A DNA stretch of 61,575 bases from Acidobacteriota bacterium (GTDB lineage: Bacteria; Acidobacteriota; Terriglobia; Versatilivoradales; Versatilivoraceae). The notes beneath the pieces are model-generated. The model was not told the DNA's origin. It saw only the letters and a program-made list of their open reading frames with translations, and searched no databases. Shown here piece after piece: positions 26,980 through 36,056 of the stretch. The DNA is taken from contig JAJECY010000223.1 of NCBI GenBank assembly GCA_022821775.1, forward strand, positions 1 through 61,575. Reading direction: 5' to 3'. The translations under genes were made by a program, and so were the position numbers. Every line of letters begins with the position of its first letter. The stretch's first letter is position 1.

Positions 26980-28244
26980 TGCTCAGCAGACGGACCTTTC
27001 TGGAAATCGCCGCGGCCTCCGGACTGGCGGCCCACCTGGGCTGTGCGGGGGGACCGTCCCCCAAGAAGCGGAAGAAGCTCGCCATCGTCGCCTCCATTTG
27101 GAGGTACCTCTCCCACGCCCAGCATTTCGGGGACCGCTTTCTGGTGGGATACCCCAGCAAGGGCCGATGGCATCACCCCGAAATGGACGTGGTTTCCCTC
27201 TACGTCCACCAGAAGCCCGAGGGAGACCAGAGCCAGGCTCGGGCCGACGAGTTCGGCTTCCAGGTCTACCCCACCATCCAGGAGGCCTTGAGGTGCGGCG
27301 GCGACAAGCTGGCGGTGGATGCCGTGCTGTTGATCATCGAGCACGGAGACTATCCCCGCAACGCCAAGGGACAGGTGCTCTATCCGCGCTACGAGTTCTT
27401 CCAGCAGGTGGTGGAGGTCTTCGAGCAGGACGGGCGCGCCGTTCCGGTGTTCAACGACAAGCACCTCTCCTACGACACGGCCAAGGCCAAGAAGATGGTG
27501 GCCGATTCCAAGCGGCTGGGGTTCCCCCTGCTGGCGGGATCTTCCCTGCCGGTCACCTGGAGAATCCCGGCCATCGAGTTCCCGCTGGACTGCGTCATCG
27601 AGGAAGCCCTGATGGTGGGCGTGGGGTCCTCCGACGCCAGCGACTACCACGCTCTGGAGGCCATGCAGTGCATGGTGGAGCGGCGCCGAGGCGGAGAGTC
27701 CGGCGTCAAGTCGGTGCAACTGATCCAGGGCGATGCCGTCTGGAAGGCCGGCGAGGAGGGCCGCTGGTCCAAGAGGCTGCTGGAGGCGGCGCTGTCGCGT
27801 TCCAACAAGCTGCTGGGAGACACCCTGATCGATGCCCGGCCCCAGGACTTGGCCAACAACGGCCAACTCCCCAAGATCGTCAAGGAACCGGCGGCCTACT
27901 TCATCGAGCACGCCGACGGCCTGCAGTCTACCCTGCTCATGCTGAACGGCGGCGTCCAGGACCGGACCTTTGCCGCCAAGCTGCAAGGGATGGCGGAACC
28001 GCAGTCCCTGCTGTTTCAACTGCCGCCAATACCCAACGTGACCTATTCCGCCTGCCTGGCGGAAAAGATCGAGGAGATGATCGAGACGGGTGAGGCTCCC
28101 TTTCCGGCGGAGCGGACCCTGATCGTCAGCGGAATCCTCGACCACTGCCTGGAATCCAAAGTCCAGGGCAACCGCAAGCTGGAGACTCCCGAGCTGCAGA
28201 TCAGCTACCGGCCGCCCGAAGGCTCTCATTTCTGCAGGGCCTGA
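26979..28244 (+). CDS. Tat-exported protein of unknown function, paralogue 2
   Basis: GGAGGAG lies just upstream. ATG 26979 overlaps the TGA of paralogue 1 (TGATG). 421 aa. Tat motif LSRRTFLEIAAASGLAAHLGCAGG. Roughly half of positions are identical to paralogue 1 by eye. Confidence 0.75.
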   Translation: MLSRRTFLEIAAASGLAAHLGCAGGPSPKKRKKLAIVASIWRYLSHAQHFGDRFLVGYPSKGRWHHPEMDVVSLYVHQKPEGDQSQARADEFGFQVYPTIQEALRCGGDKLAVDAVLLIIEHGDYPRNAKGQVLYPRYEFFQQVVEVFEQDGRAVPVFNDKHLSYDTAKAKKMVADSKRLGFPLLAGSSLPVTWRIPAIEFPLDCVIEEALMVGVGSSDASDYHALEAMQCMVERRRGGESGVKSVQLIQGDAVWKAGEEGRWSKRLLEAALSRSNKLLGDTLIDARPQDLANNGQLPKIVKEPAAYFIEHADGLQSTLLMLNGGVQDRTFAAKLQGMAEPQSLLFQLPPIPNVTYSACLAEKIEEMIETGEAPFPAERTLIVSGILDHCLESKVQGNRKLETPELQISYRPPEGSHFCRA

Positions 28245-28307
28245 TTCTGCCGGCAGGAACATTTCACTGAGTCCGGGTTCCAGGCCGGACAGGAAGGGAG
28301 ATTGGCA

Positions 28308-30023
28308 ATGGAGCATACCCGACGGACTTTTCTGGGCGCCGGGGCGCTGGGAGCGGCTGCCCTCGGAAATGCGCTGGCTGCCCCTGCAGCGGCCTCCGGC
28401 ACGAAACCGGCCTCCCGTTCGACCGGCGACGGCCGCCCCAAGCCCCCCGCTTATCGAATCATCTACAACTGGGACGGCGCCCCCCACGACTACTCGGAAT
28501 TCCCGCAGTCTCAGGAACAGTTCCTGGACAAGGTCTATGCGCCCATGAAGGACACCCAGGTGGGGGCCCACTTCTGGTGCCTGGGCACCCATGAGGCCAA
28601 GTGGGCGTCCCAGGTCATGGAGATGGTGGGTGACACCGTGGACCGCAAGTATGACAGCGTCCGCTCCATGCGCCACAGCGAAGGGGTGCGGGCCATGCTG
28701 GAGCGGGGCGAGAACCCCTACCAGGCCGTGGTGGACCGGGGGCACGAGCTGGGTATGCAGGTCTATGCCTCCATCCGAATGAACGACAACCACTTCAGGG
28801 GCATGCAGGTCTCCGAGATGGCGGGTACGCAGATGCGGGGACTGACCCAATTGCGGCGCGACCACCCGGAGTGGTGCCTGGGCCCGCGCCAGGCTCCCAA
28901 GTGGTTTGCGGCCTCCTGGAACTTCGCCATCCCCGAGGTGCGGGAGCACCGTTTGCGCCACGTGACCGAGGTCTGCCGCCTGGCCGACTGGGACGGCGTG
29001 GAGCTGGACTGGCAGCGGCACGCCTTCCACCTGCCCCTGGACGACGCCTACCGGCTGCGCTACACCCTCACCGACCTGCAGCGGGCGCTGCGCCGCATGA
29101 CCGAGCAGATTGGGCGGGAGCGGGGCAGACCCTTTCACGTGGCGGTCCGGGTAGCCACCACCCTGGAGTCCTGCGGGCGCATCGGCTACGACCTGCCGGT
29201 CTGGATCAAGGAAGGGCTTTGCGACCTGGTCATCGCCGGGGGAGGAGCCGGCACTGACTACGGCGTTGAGGTGGAGGCCTTCCAGGACTTGCTCAAGGAT
29301 TCGGGGATCCCCTTCTACCCGGGGTTCGACTCCGGTTTCTGGGGCCCCCATAAAAGCCTCCTGCCCCGACGGCAGTGGAATACCGCCATGGTGCGGGCGG
29401 CGGCCAACGCCTATTGGGAGCGGGGAGCCGACGGCATGTATGTCTTCAACTGGCATGCCAACGAAAAAACGCGGCGGCCCCTGCTCACCACCATCGGAGC
29501 CCCGGAGACCCTGAAGCGAACCGACAAGGTGTACGCCACCCTCCATCGATACGTCGGAGGCTGGCCCTTCAGCGAGCCCAAGGAGGGAGCCTGGGCTGGA
29601 GCCGACCTGCACGACCGCATCTACGGCGAGACTCCGGTCAAGCTCTACCCCACCCTGACCGAGGAGGGTCCCGGCTTTCAGGTGGGAGTTTACGACGATA
29701 CCCGGAAGGAGGCCCAGGCCGGAAATCTGGAAAGGATCGAGCTGCAGTTGGAGCTCAGAAGCCGTTCGGTGAACGACCGCGTCGAGGTGAAGCTGGATGG
29801 AAACCTGCTTCCCGAGCCCGAGATACGAAACGTGGCCTCGGAAGACCCGAACAATCCCTCCGACGTGGCCGAAAACAGTTGGCTGGTGTGGCGGCTGTCA
29901 CCCGATCAGGCAGGCCGGGGCGTCCACCACGTCCAGGTGCGGCTGCTGAAGCGTGATCCGCGTATCCGACCGCCTCTCACGGTGCAGAGCGTCGAGATCC
30001 ACCTGGGCTATCGCCGCGGATAG
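28308..30023 (+). CDS. Tat-exported glycoside-hydrolase-like TIM-barrel protein (family unassigned)
   Basis: AGGAAGGGAG precedes ATG 28308 (track start is TTG 28302). Tat motif TRRTFLGAGALGAAALG. ..HELGMQVYASIRMNDNHF..WNFAIPEVREHRL..WDGVELDWQRH.. looks like GHL10/DUF-type (beta/alpha)8 hydrolases. Confidence 0.65.
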   Translation: MEHTRRTFLGAGALGAAALGNALAAPAAASGTKPASRSTGDGRPKPPAYRIIYNWDGAPHDYSEFPQSQEQFLDKVYAPMKDTQVGAHFWCLGTHEAKWASQVMEMVGDTVDRKYDSVRSMRHSEGVRAMLERGENPYQAVVDRGHELGMQVYASIRMNDNHFRGMQVSEMAGTQMRGLTQLRRDHPEWCLGPRQAPKWFAASWNFAIPEVREHRLRHVTEVCRLADWDGVELDWQRHAFHLPLDDAYRLRYTLTDLQRALRRMTEQIGRERGRPFHVAVRVATTLESCGRIGYDLPVWIKEGLCDLVIAGGGAGTDYGVEVEAFQDLLKDSGIPFYPGFDSGFWGPHKSLLPRRQWNTAMVRAAANAYWERGADGMYVFNWHANEKTRRPLLTTIGAPETLKRTDKVYATLHRYVGGWPFSEPKEGAWAGADLHDRIYGETPVKLYPTLTEEGPGFQVGVYDDTRKEAQAGNLERIELQLELRSRSVNDRVEVKLDGNLLPEPEIRNVASEDPNNPSDVAENSWLVWRLSPDQAGRGVHHVQVRLLKRDPRIRPPLTVQSVEIHLGYRRG

Positions 30024-30127
30024 AATGTTCCATCCCGGGCTCCCTTTCCGTTCCTGGGAAGCCGGGGCGTTCCGGAAATGTCAGTTTGAGTGTTGCTTCG
30101 AATCCGATTAAAGAAGGAGTTTCCACT

Positions 30128-32029
30128 ATGAAGCGGGTACACCGAGATTCACCATTGTTGGTTCTGCTGGTCTGCGGGGTTCTGATCGCCGGCCTTGCCG
30201 GCTGCACCGCCGGGAACGGGTGGCGGGCCGTCAACCAGAAGGTCATCGAGGAGCACAACATCAAGGGGCGGGAGCGGGATATCCCCCATACCGAGGTCAC
30301 CCCCAGCCTGGAGGCGGGCAAACCCGTACCGACCTCCGAGCTTCCGGTGATCCAGATCGCCGAAGGCGTGCAGGCCAGCGTCGCCTGGGGAGAGGGCCTC
30401 CTGATGGAGCGCCTCAGCATGGAGGCGGGCAGCAGCTATCCCGAGCAGGCGCTGGCTGAAGAAGTGATCACGCTGGTGGAGGCGGGCTCCGCCACCTGCA
30501 CGGTCGGCGAAGAGACCTTCGAGTTGGCCAAGGACAGCCTGCTCTACCTGACGCCCGGAAGCAAGCGTTCCCTCAAGGCGGGCGAGGAGGGGCTCAAGGC
30601 CATCGAGGTCTTCTCTCCGGTTCGGCTGGACCACTTGAGCCTGGCGGGAAAACCCCACGCCGATAACACCCGGGTGTCCTTTCCCGACCAGGGCGTGACT
30701 CCGTCCATCGAGCCCAACAAGGTCTACAACCTCAACGAGATCCAGTGGACGGGCCTGACTCCTGTGGCCAAGGACAAGACCTACAAGCGCAGCGAAGCCC
30801 TCGCCCGGTTGATCTGGGGGAAGAACGTCATGCTGAGCTCGATTCGCATGGACCCCAATTCCAACTTCGGTCTCCACATCCATCCCGAGGATCAGTTGAT
30901 GGTCACCCTGCGCGGTTCGCTGGAGCAGGGCATCCTGGATGCCCGCCACCCCATAAACGGCAAGGAGCAGCAAACGCACCTGCTGCCGGGCGGGATGGTC
31001 CACTCGGGCCACATGGGAGAGCATGGCGCCGATGCGCTGGACATCTTCTGGCCGGTCCGGCCCGACTACATAGCCTACGCGGAAAAGCAGAACGCTCTCT
31101 ACCGGGAAGTCATCGACCCGGGGGTCAAGCCCGTCAAGCTGGCCGAGGGATTCGTCTTTACCGAGGGCCCCACCTGGCTGAAGGGGAATCTCTATTTCTC
31201 CGACATGCACTTCCGCGCGGACTGGTCGGCCGATGTCAGCAAGAGTCGGACCATCCGCATGTCGCCCGACGGAAAATGGAAGGCGATCGCCCGGGGAATG
31301 CAGACCAATGGAACCATTGCTTCCAAGCGCGGGCATCTGCTGGTCTGCGACATGTTCGGCCATCGAGTCATCGAGATGAGCCGCCACAACGGCAGGATCC
31401 TGAGGACGGTGCTCTCCAGGGTCGACGGCACCCGCATCGACGGTCCCAACGATATCGTGATGGATCTGAAAGGCGGAATCTACGTCACCGATCCCCAGTT
31501 CATCCCGGACGCCAAGAAGATGCCGGGGACCCAAGTCTACTACCGCGACCCCAAGGGGAAGAGCAAGGTGGTGATCCCGGCTGGCGAGTTCGCCATGCCC
31601 AACGGGGTGGAGATCTCTCCCGACGGCAAGACCTTCTACGTCAACAACACCTGGCTGCAGCCCGGGGAAAACTTCGTCTGGGCCTATGACGTCCAGGAGG
31701 ACGGCTCGCTCACCAACAAGCGCAAGTTCGCCATGCTGAACCTGGGACCGGACGTGCTGGATGCCGAGGAGGTGAAGGATCGCTTCAACTCCCAGGCCGA
31801 CGGCATGGCGGTGGACATGGACGGCCGCATTTACGTGGCCACCCTGTCGGGCGCGCAGATCTTCGACGCCGACGGCAACTACGTGGGAACCATCTGGTGC
31901 CCGCAGTTTCCGGTCAGCCTGACCTTCGGCGGCGAGAACTACGACGTGCTCTACATGGTGGGGCAGTCCTCGGTCTGGTCCATCCAGACCAAGGTGAAGG
32001 GATTCCGGTACCCGGCGGGACTGAATTGA
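30128..32029 (+). CDS. Lipoprotein: N-terminal bicupin fused to an SMP-30/gluconolactonase/LRE-like beta-propeller
   Basis: AAGAAGGAG lies 8 nt before ATG 30128. Lipobox LIAGLAGC. Two cupin-like segments (..LVEAGSATCTVGEETFEL.., ..FGLHIHPEDQLMVTLRGS..GGMVHSGH). Then EGPTWLKGNLYFSD, PNDIVMDLKGGIYVTDP, PNGVEISPDGKTFYV and ADGMAVDMDGRIYVA. Confidence 0.8.
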   Translation: MKRVHRDSPLLVLLVCGVLIAGLAGCTAGNGWRAVNQKVIEEHNIKGRERDIPHTEVTPSLEAGKPVPTSELPVIQIAEGVQASVAWGEGLLMERLSMEAGSSYPEQALAEEVITLVEAGSATCTVGEETFELAKDSLLYLTPGSKRSLKAGEEGLKAIEVFSPVRLDHLSLAGKPHADNTRVSFPDQGVTPSIEPNKVYNLNEIQWTGLTPVAKDKTYKRSEALARLIWGKNVMLSSIRMDPNSNFGLHIHPEDQLMVTLRGSLEQGILDARHPINGKEQQTHLLPGGMVHSGHMGEHGADALDIFWPVRPDYIAYAEKQNALYREVIDPGVKPVKLAEGFVFTEGPTWLKGNLYFSDMHFRADWSADVSKSRTIRMSPDGKWKAIARGMQTNGTIASKRGHLLVCDMFGHRVIEMSRHNGRILRTVLSRVDGTRIDGPNDIVMDLKGGIYVTDPQFIPDAKKMPGTQVYYRDPKGKSKVVIPAGEFAMPNGVEISPDGKTFYVNNTWLQPGENFVWAYDVQEDGSLTNKRKFAMLNLGPDVLDAEEVKDRFNSQADGMAVDMDGRIYVATLSGAQIFDADGNYVGTIWCPQFPVSLTFGGENYDVLYMVGQSSVWSIQTKVKGFRYPAGLN

Positions 32030-32216
32030 GTGGCTAGTGGCCAGTGGCCAGTGGTCAGTTGTGGTTTGTGGAGCGATCTGGGAACCTTCAAGCGTCTTGG
32101 GACTTGGTTGCACGTTTTGACGGACCGCACCGACATCATCAAGATGCTTAACGCGGCGATCAAAAAAAACTGATCACTATCCACTGACCACTGATGACTG
32201 ATCACTGATCACTAAC
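32030..32216 (+). mobile_element. Arm-remnant-arm cassette: (GTGGYCAGTGG)n, last ~34 codons of a four-helix-bundle gene, (CCACTGAYCAC)n
   Basis: Left arm GTGGCTAGTGGCCAGTGGCCAGTGGTCAGTTGTGG (32030-~32071). Remnant ..DLGTFKRLGTWLHVLTDRTDIIKMLNAAIKKN* ends at TGA 32171-73. Right arm CTGATCACTATCCACTGACCACTGATGACTGATCACTGATCAC (32170-32216) is the inverted complement of the left arm. Confidence 0.5.
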
Positions 32217-32231
32217 CAGAGGATCGTTCTC

Positions 32232-32990
32232 ATGCAAAACCGAATGAAGGCCTTGCTGCAGCAGGGCAAGGCGGTCTTTTCCTGCACCATCCGAACTCCT
32301 CATCCCAACCTGGCCGAGATCGGTGGCTTGGCCGGGTACGAGTGCATCATGCTGGATGCCGAGCACGGAACCATCAGCAGCGATACCCTGGATGCCATGA
32401 TCCTGGCCGTTCGGGCCACCGGGGCGACTCCCATCGTGCGGGTGCCGGGGGTGGAGCGGACCCTGGTCAAGCAGGCCCTGGATCATGGAGCCGACGGTAT
32501 CCTCTTTCCCCACATCACCAGCGTCGAGGACGCCAGGGCGGCGGTATCGCTTTGCAAGTACCCCCCGCAGGGAAGGCGCGGCGCAGGGCCCGGACGCCCC
32601 ATCGACTATGGTCTGGGGGACGCGCGCGCCTACCTGGACCAGGCCAACGACCAGGTCCTGGTGGCGCTCATGCTGGAGGAGCCGGCTGCCGTCGAGCAAC
32701 TGGAGGCCATTGGCGCCGTCCCCGGCATCGATATCTTCAACATGGGTCCCTGGGATCTGTCCACCGCCTATGGACACCCCATAGAGACCCGCCATCCCCT
32801 GGTGCTGCAGGCCCTGGACAAGGCCCTGGAAGTCGGCAGGCGGCACGGCATTCACGTGGGCGTCTCGCCCGAGAGCGAAGAGCACGTCAAGGAGCTCTAC
32901 GACATGGGCGCCCGCTTCTTCGAGTCGGTCAACCTGGAGGGCTTCGTGGCCGAACGGCTGGTCGACTATCGCCGGGCCTGCCAGCCGTAG
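32232..32990 (+). CDS. HpcH/HpaI family aldolase (2-keto-3-deoxy sugar-acid aldolase type)
   Basis: 252-aa ORF. ..GYECIMLDAEHGTIS..ATPIVRVPG..ALDHGADGILFPHI..YPPQGRRG.. are hallmark blocks of the HpcH/HpaI family. Confidence 0.85.
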   Translation: MQNRMKALLQQGKAVFSCTIRTPHPNLAEIGGLAGYECIMLDAEHGTISSDTLDAMILAVRATGATPIVRVPGVERTLVKQALDHGADGILFPHITSVEDARAAVSLCKYPPQGRRGAGPGRPIDYGLGDARAYLDQANDQVLVALMLEEPAAVEQLEAIGAVPGIDIFNMGPWDLSTAYGHPIETRHPLVLQALDKALEVGRRHGIHVGVSPESEEHVKELYDMGARFFESVNLEGFVAERLVDYRRACQP

Positions 32991-33003
32991 TCGGCGGCGC
33001 TGC

Positions 33004-33366
33004 CTGAAACAACGACAAAAGACGAAAAGAGTTATCCACCAAGGCACACGAAGGACGACGAAGGGCCACTAAGAAAGACCATGTTCTTGACCCGCTCAAA
33101 GGGACCGCCCCTTGGATTCGGGTGAGGGGAAACGCAGCCAGTCAGCTTCCCGTGCAACAGCCTCTCGTCCGGTTAATCCTGTGCATCCTGTGTATCCATG
33201 TTCAATAGGTAGATAGCCGGATCAACGGGACAGGGTCCTGGTTGCCGATAGGCCACGAAGAAAAACGGAAAGAGATCCATTCGTATTCGTGTTCATTCGT
33301 GGTTCGTCTTTATCAACGCCCCCCTGTTTTTCTCTCGAATGATCCGCCCCGTCGTGGGGAGCGGGG
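33004..33366 (+). repeat. Full-length family-I cassette, copy A
   Basis: CTGAAACAAC..GAGTTATCCAC, (CACGAAG)-type arm, conserved core with (ATCCTGTG)2, (ATTCGTG)n arm, then GAATGATCCGCCCCGTCGTGGGG hairpin. Collinear with copy B (42747-43075) along almost its whole length. Confidence 0.7.
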
Positions 33367-33405
33367 ACAGCACTCATCTGGGTCGACCGCGACCCTGGAG
33401 GTTTA

Positions 33406-35796
33406 ATGGCGGCAACTTTCCTTCGCGTTGTCCGGCGGTGGGGCCTGCCGGTGCTGCTGGCGTCGGCCTTCTGCCCGAGTCCGGCGAGGGCTTCGACCGT
33501 TCCCGCGGTCGAGGAGGCTTCAACTCGGGATGGGGCCCTTCGCTGCTCTATTGTCCTGGGGCCGGAAGCGCCCGACCTGGAAGTCTTTGCCGCCCATGAG
33601 CTGGTCCGCTATCTGAGAGAGCTCTACGGCATCCGGTCGGAGCTGGTGCGGGACCTGGGAACCGGAACAGGACTCAGCATCCTCCTGGGGAATCCCCAAA
33701 CCAATCCCTCCTTCCACCAGATTGCAGACCATCACACCTGGCCGCGGGTGAGCGACCAGGGCATCGTCCTCAAGCGGGTGAGCGCCGGAGAGCGGCAACT
33801 GCTCATCCTGGGGGGAGGCAGCCCGGCGGCGACCCTGTGGGCGGTCTACGAGCTGGTGGAGCGCTCCGGCGTCCGTTTCCTTCTGGAAAAGGACGTCTTC
33901 CCCCAAGTGGCGGAGCCGTTCCCGCCCCGCCGACTGGACCTGGTGCGGGAGCCTCGCTTCCGCTTTCGTTCCTACCGCGCCATCAACAACCTGGCCACCT
34001 CGCTGATCTTTTACGGAATGAAGGACTACCGCCACCTGATCGACCAGTTGGCCAAGATGAAGTTCAATGTCCTCTATGCACAGATCTACCCGCACCAGCC
34101 CTTCGTTCACTACCAGGTGCGGGACCAACCCAAGGTCACCGGTGTCCTGCACTATGGTTGGGAGGTTCCGATTCACGCGGAGACCATCGGCCGGGAACTG
34201 TTCTCGGGGCGACGCCAACTGGTGAACCCGGAACTGGCCGGCGCCGCCACCTACCGGGAACGGGTGAGGGCCGCCCAGGGACTGCTGCGCGAGCTGTTTG
34301 CCTATGCCAGGCGCCGGGGCATGCAGACCGGATTGAACTTCAGGATCAACCAGTTCACCAACGAGTTCAACTGGAAGCTGCCCCAGTGGTCGGACCGGAA
34401 GTACATCCCCGGGGAGGCGATGAAGGGTGCGCGCAACGCCCGCCTGGGAATCTCGGAATACGCCGTCGATCCGCAGGCGTTTCCCTACATGACGCCCGAC
34501 AACCCCGCCGTCATGGAGCTGAACAAGACCATCATCCGGGCTCACGTCAACACCTATCCGAAAGCGGACTTCTATGGACTGACCCAGCCGGAGCTGCCGG
34601 GAGGCGGAGAGCATTACCGGGAGATGTGGGAGCGCCTGGACCGCAAGTACCGGCTGGAGCCGGAGTTCAGCCTGGAACGGATGCTGGAGTCGGCCGCAAC
34701 CAACACCATGCCGGTGGGCGTGCGCAAGGGGGACCGGCCGGTGGAGGAACTCAAGGGAGCCCTGGCCAACGCCGACACGCTGGACAAGCTGCTCAACGAG
34801 GGTGAGGTCCTCAAGGGGACGGCCAATCCCGAGGCCACCGTGGTGGTGAGCACCTTCAGCGACGAATTCTATCCGGTCATGCCCAGGATCTTCCCGGGTC
34901 GGGTGATGTTGATGGTCCCCATGGATTACCTGACCTCGCTGGCCGCCGAACGCACCGAAATGCTGGCCTTTGCCGAGCACAGCCCCATGAAGGTAGCGGT
35001 CCTGGCCACCCTGGCCGACGACAACATCGGCATCCTCCCCCAGTTGCCTACCCAGCCGCTTCACCGCATCTTCCAGGCCATGGAGCGCTACAACGTCGTC
35101 GGCTACTTCGGCCGGCAGTTCCTGGTCACCAAGCTGGAGGCGGGGACCGCCTACATGGCTCAGGCCTCCTGGTCCTCCAGGGTCACCCCCGAGTCGGTCT
35201 ACCGGGACCAGGTCCGGCAGGTGTGTGGGGAGGAGTCCGTCTCCGACATGCTTGAGGCCTACCGCATCCTGGAAGAGGCCACTCTCGCCGGAGACCGGGT
35301 GGCCATGGGATTCCTCTTCCCGGTCACCACCATGATGCGCAAGCACTGGAATTCCGATTCGGGCCCCAATCCGGGATGGGAGGAGTTGCGGGCGCACTAT
35401 CTGAAGGCGGCCCCGCTGGTGGAATCGGCGCTGCACAAGACCCGTCCCCAGGGGAAGAGCTATCTGCGCCAGCTCTTGGGACAGTTGCACTTCGGCACCG
35501 ACTACATCGCCGCCGTGCAGGAAGTGCGCCGGGCCAGGCTTTCCTACCTGCAGTCCAGGAAAGCGCTGGCCGGCAAGGACGCTCCGGCCTACGAAAAGGC
35601 CATGAATGAGACCAACGACCGGTTGGAGAAGTCCCTGGCCCTGCTGGAGTCGGCCATCCGACACTGGGCCGGGGCGGTCCGGGACCCCTCCGACCTGGGA
35701 GCCCTGGGCGCCCTCAACTACTTCTGCTACGACTATCTCAAGGGCGTGGCCCTGGACGTCTACCTGGAGTCGGGAACCTGGAGCATTCGGTTTTAG
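33406..35796 (+). CDS. Secreted 796-aa protein, putative glycoside-hydrolase-like (family unassigned)
   Basis: GGAGG lies 5 nt before ATG 33406. Signal peptide ..LPVLLASAFCPSPARA. The N-terminal block IVLGPEAPDLEVFAAHELVRYLRELYG resembles N-domains of GH20/GH67/DUF4838-type enzymes. No catalytic motif identified by eye. Confidence 0.65.
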   Translation: MAATFLRVVRRWGLPVLLASAFCPSPARASTVPAVEEASTRDGALRCSIVLGPEAPDLEVFAAHELVRYLRELYGIRSELVRDLGTGTGLSILLGNPQTNPSFHQIADHHTWPRVSDQGIVLKRVSAGERQLLILGGGSPAATLWAVYELVERSGVRFLLEKDVFPQVAEPFPPRRLDLVREPRFRFRSYRAINNLATSLIFYGMKDYRHLIDQLAKMKFNVLYAQIYPHQPFVHYQVRDQPKVTGVLHYGWEVPIHAETIGRELFSGRRQLVNPELAGAATYRERVRAAQGLLRELFAYARRRGMQTGLNFRINQFTNEFNWKLPQWSDRKYIPGEAMKGARNARLGISEYAVDPQAFPYMTPDNPAVMELNKTIIRAHVNTYPKADFYGLTQPELPGGGEHYREMWERLDRKYRLEPEFSLERMLESAATNTMPVGVRKGDRPVEELKGALANADTLDKLLNEGEVLKGTANPEATVVVSTFSDEFYPVMPRIFPGRVMLMVPMDYLTSLAAERTEMLAFAEHSPMKVAVLATLADDNIGILPQLPTQPLHRIFQAMERYNVVGYFGRQFLVTKLEAGTAYMAQASWSSRVTPESVYRDQVRQVCGEESVSDMLEAYRILEEATLAGDRVAMGFLFPVTTMMRKHWNSDSGPNPGWEELRAHYLKAAPLVESALHKTRPQGKSYLRQLLGQLHFGTDYIAAVQEVRRARLSYLQSRKALAGKDAPAYEKAMNETNDRLEKSLALLESAIRHWAGAVRDPSDLGALGALNYFCYDYLKGVALDVYLESGTWSIRF

Positions 35797-35802
35797 CCGG
35801 AT

Positions 35803-36011
35803 TAGTGGACAGTGGAGAGTGAAGAGTGGAGAGTGGTCAGCCGAGGGTTTCGGAAACCGGCAAACGCCTGATCACCTGGTTGCACCTTTCAAGCATTGCA
35901 CTGAGGTCAACAAAATGCTTGACGTGTCGATCAAATAACTCTTCACTCGCCACTCTCCACTATTCACTTCTTACCTAACCGCGCCGCCGTCCCATGTGAC
36001 GGGGCGGTTCA
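35803..36011 (+). mobile_element. Arm-remnant-arm cassette with a different arm sequence, plus terminal hairpin
   Basis: Left arm TAGTGGACAGTGGAGAGTGAAGAGTGGAGAGTGGTCAG (35803-35840). Remnant ..HLVAPFKHCTEVNKMLDVSIK* ends at TAA 35936-38. Right arm ACTCTTCACTCGCCACTCTCCACTATTCACTTCTT (35938-35972). Hairpin CCGCCGTC-ccatgt-GACGGGGCGG then TTCAT (35984-36011). The remnant is homologous at the DNA level to the one at 32096-32173. Confidence 0.5.
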
Positions 36012-36056
36012 TAAGGGGCGAAACAGGACAGTTCCAGGCAAGGGAAGGAGGACGCC

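Noticed and set aside
26952-29612. Very long antisense ORFs: 886 aa here. Also 5882..7756(+), 11986..13038(-), 13897..15465(-), 16483..17610(-), 21814..23523(-), 25702..26955(-), 30149..32113(-), 33520..35664(-), 43194..44516(-), 49890..51158(-), 53503..55989(+) and others.
   Set aside because: These are typical high-GC shadow ORFs. They are Arg/Gly/Pro/His/Leu/Val-rich low-complexity translations with no recognisable motifs, signal peptides or SD sites. Several span two real genes plus the spacer. In each case the opposite strand carries unmistakable domain motifs.
32027-32173. The SMP-30 lactonase frame stays open after its TGA (32027-29) through the left arm and the four-helix-bundle remnant to TGA 32171-73. 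This might suggest readthrough or selenocysteine.
   Set aside because: There is no SECIS-like structure. The extension is low-complexity arm sequence (VASGQWPVVSCGLW) plus a gene remnant. The analogous cassette at 35803 is not in frame with its upstream gene, so this is most simply coincidence.
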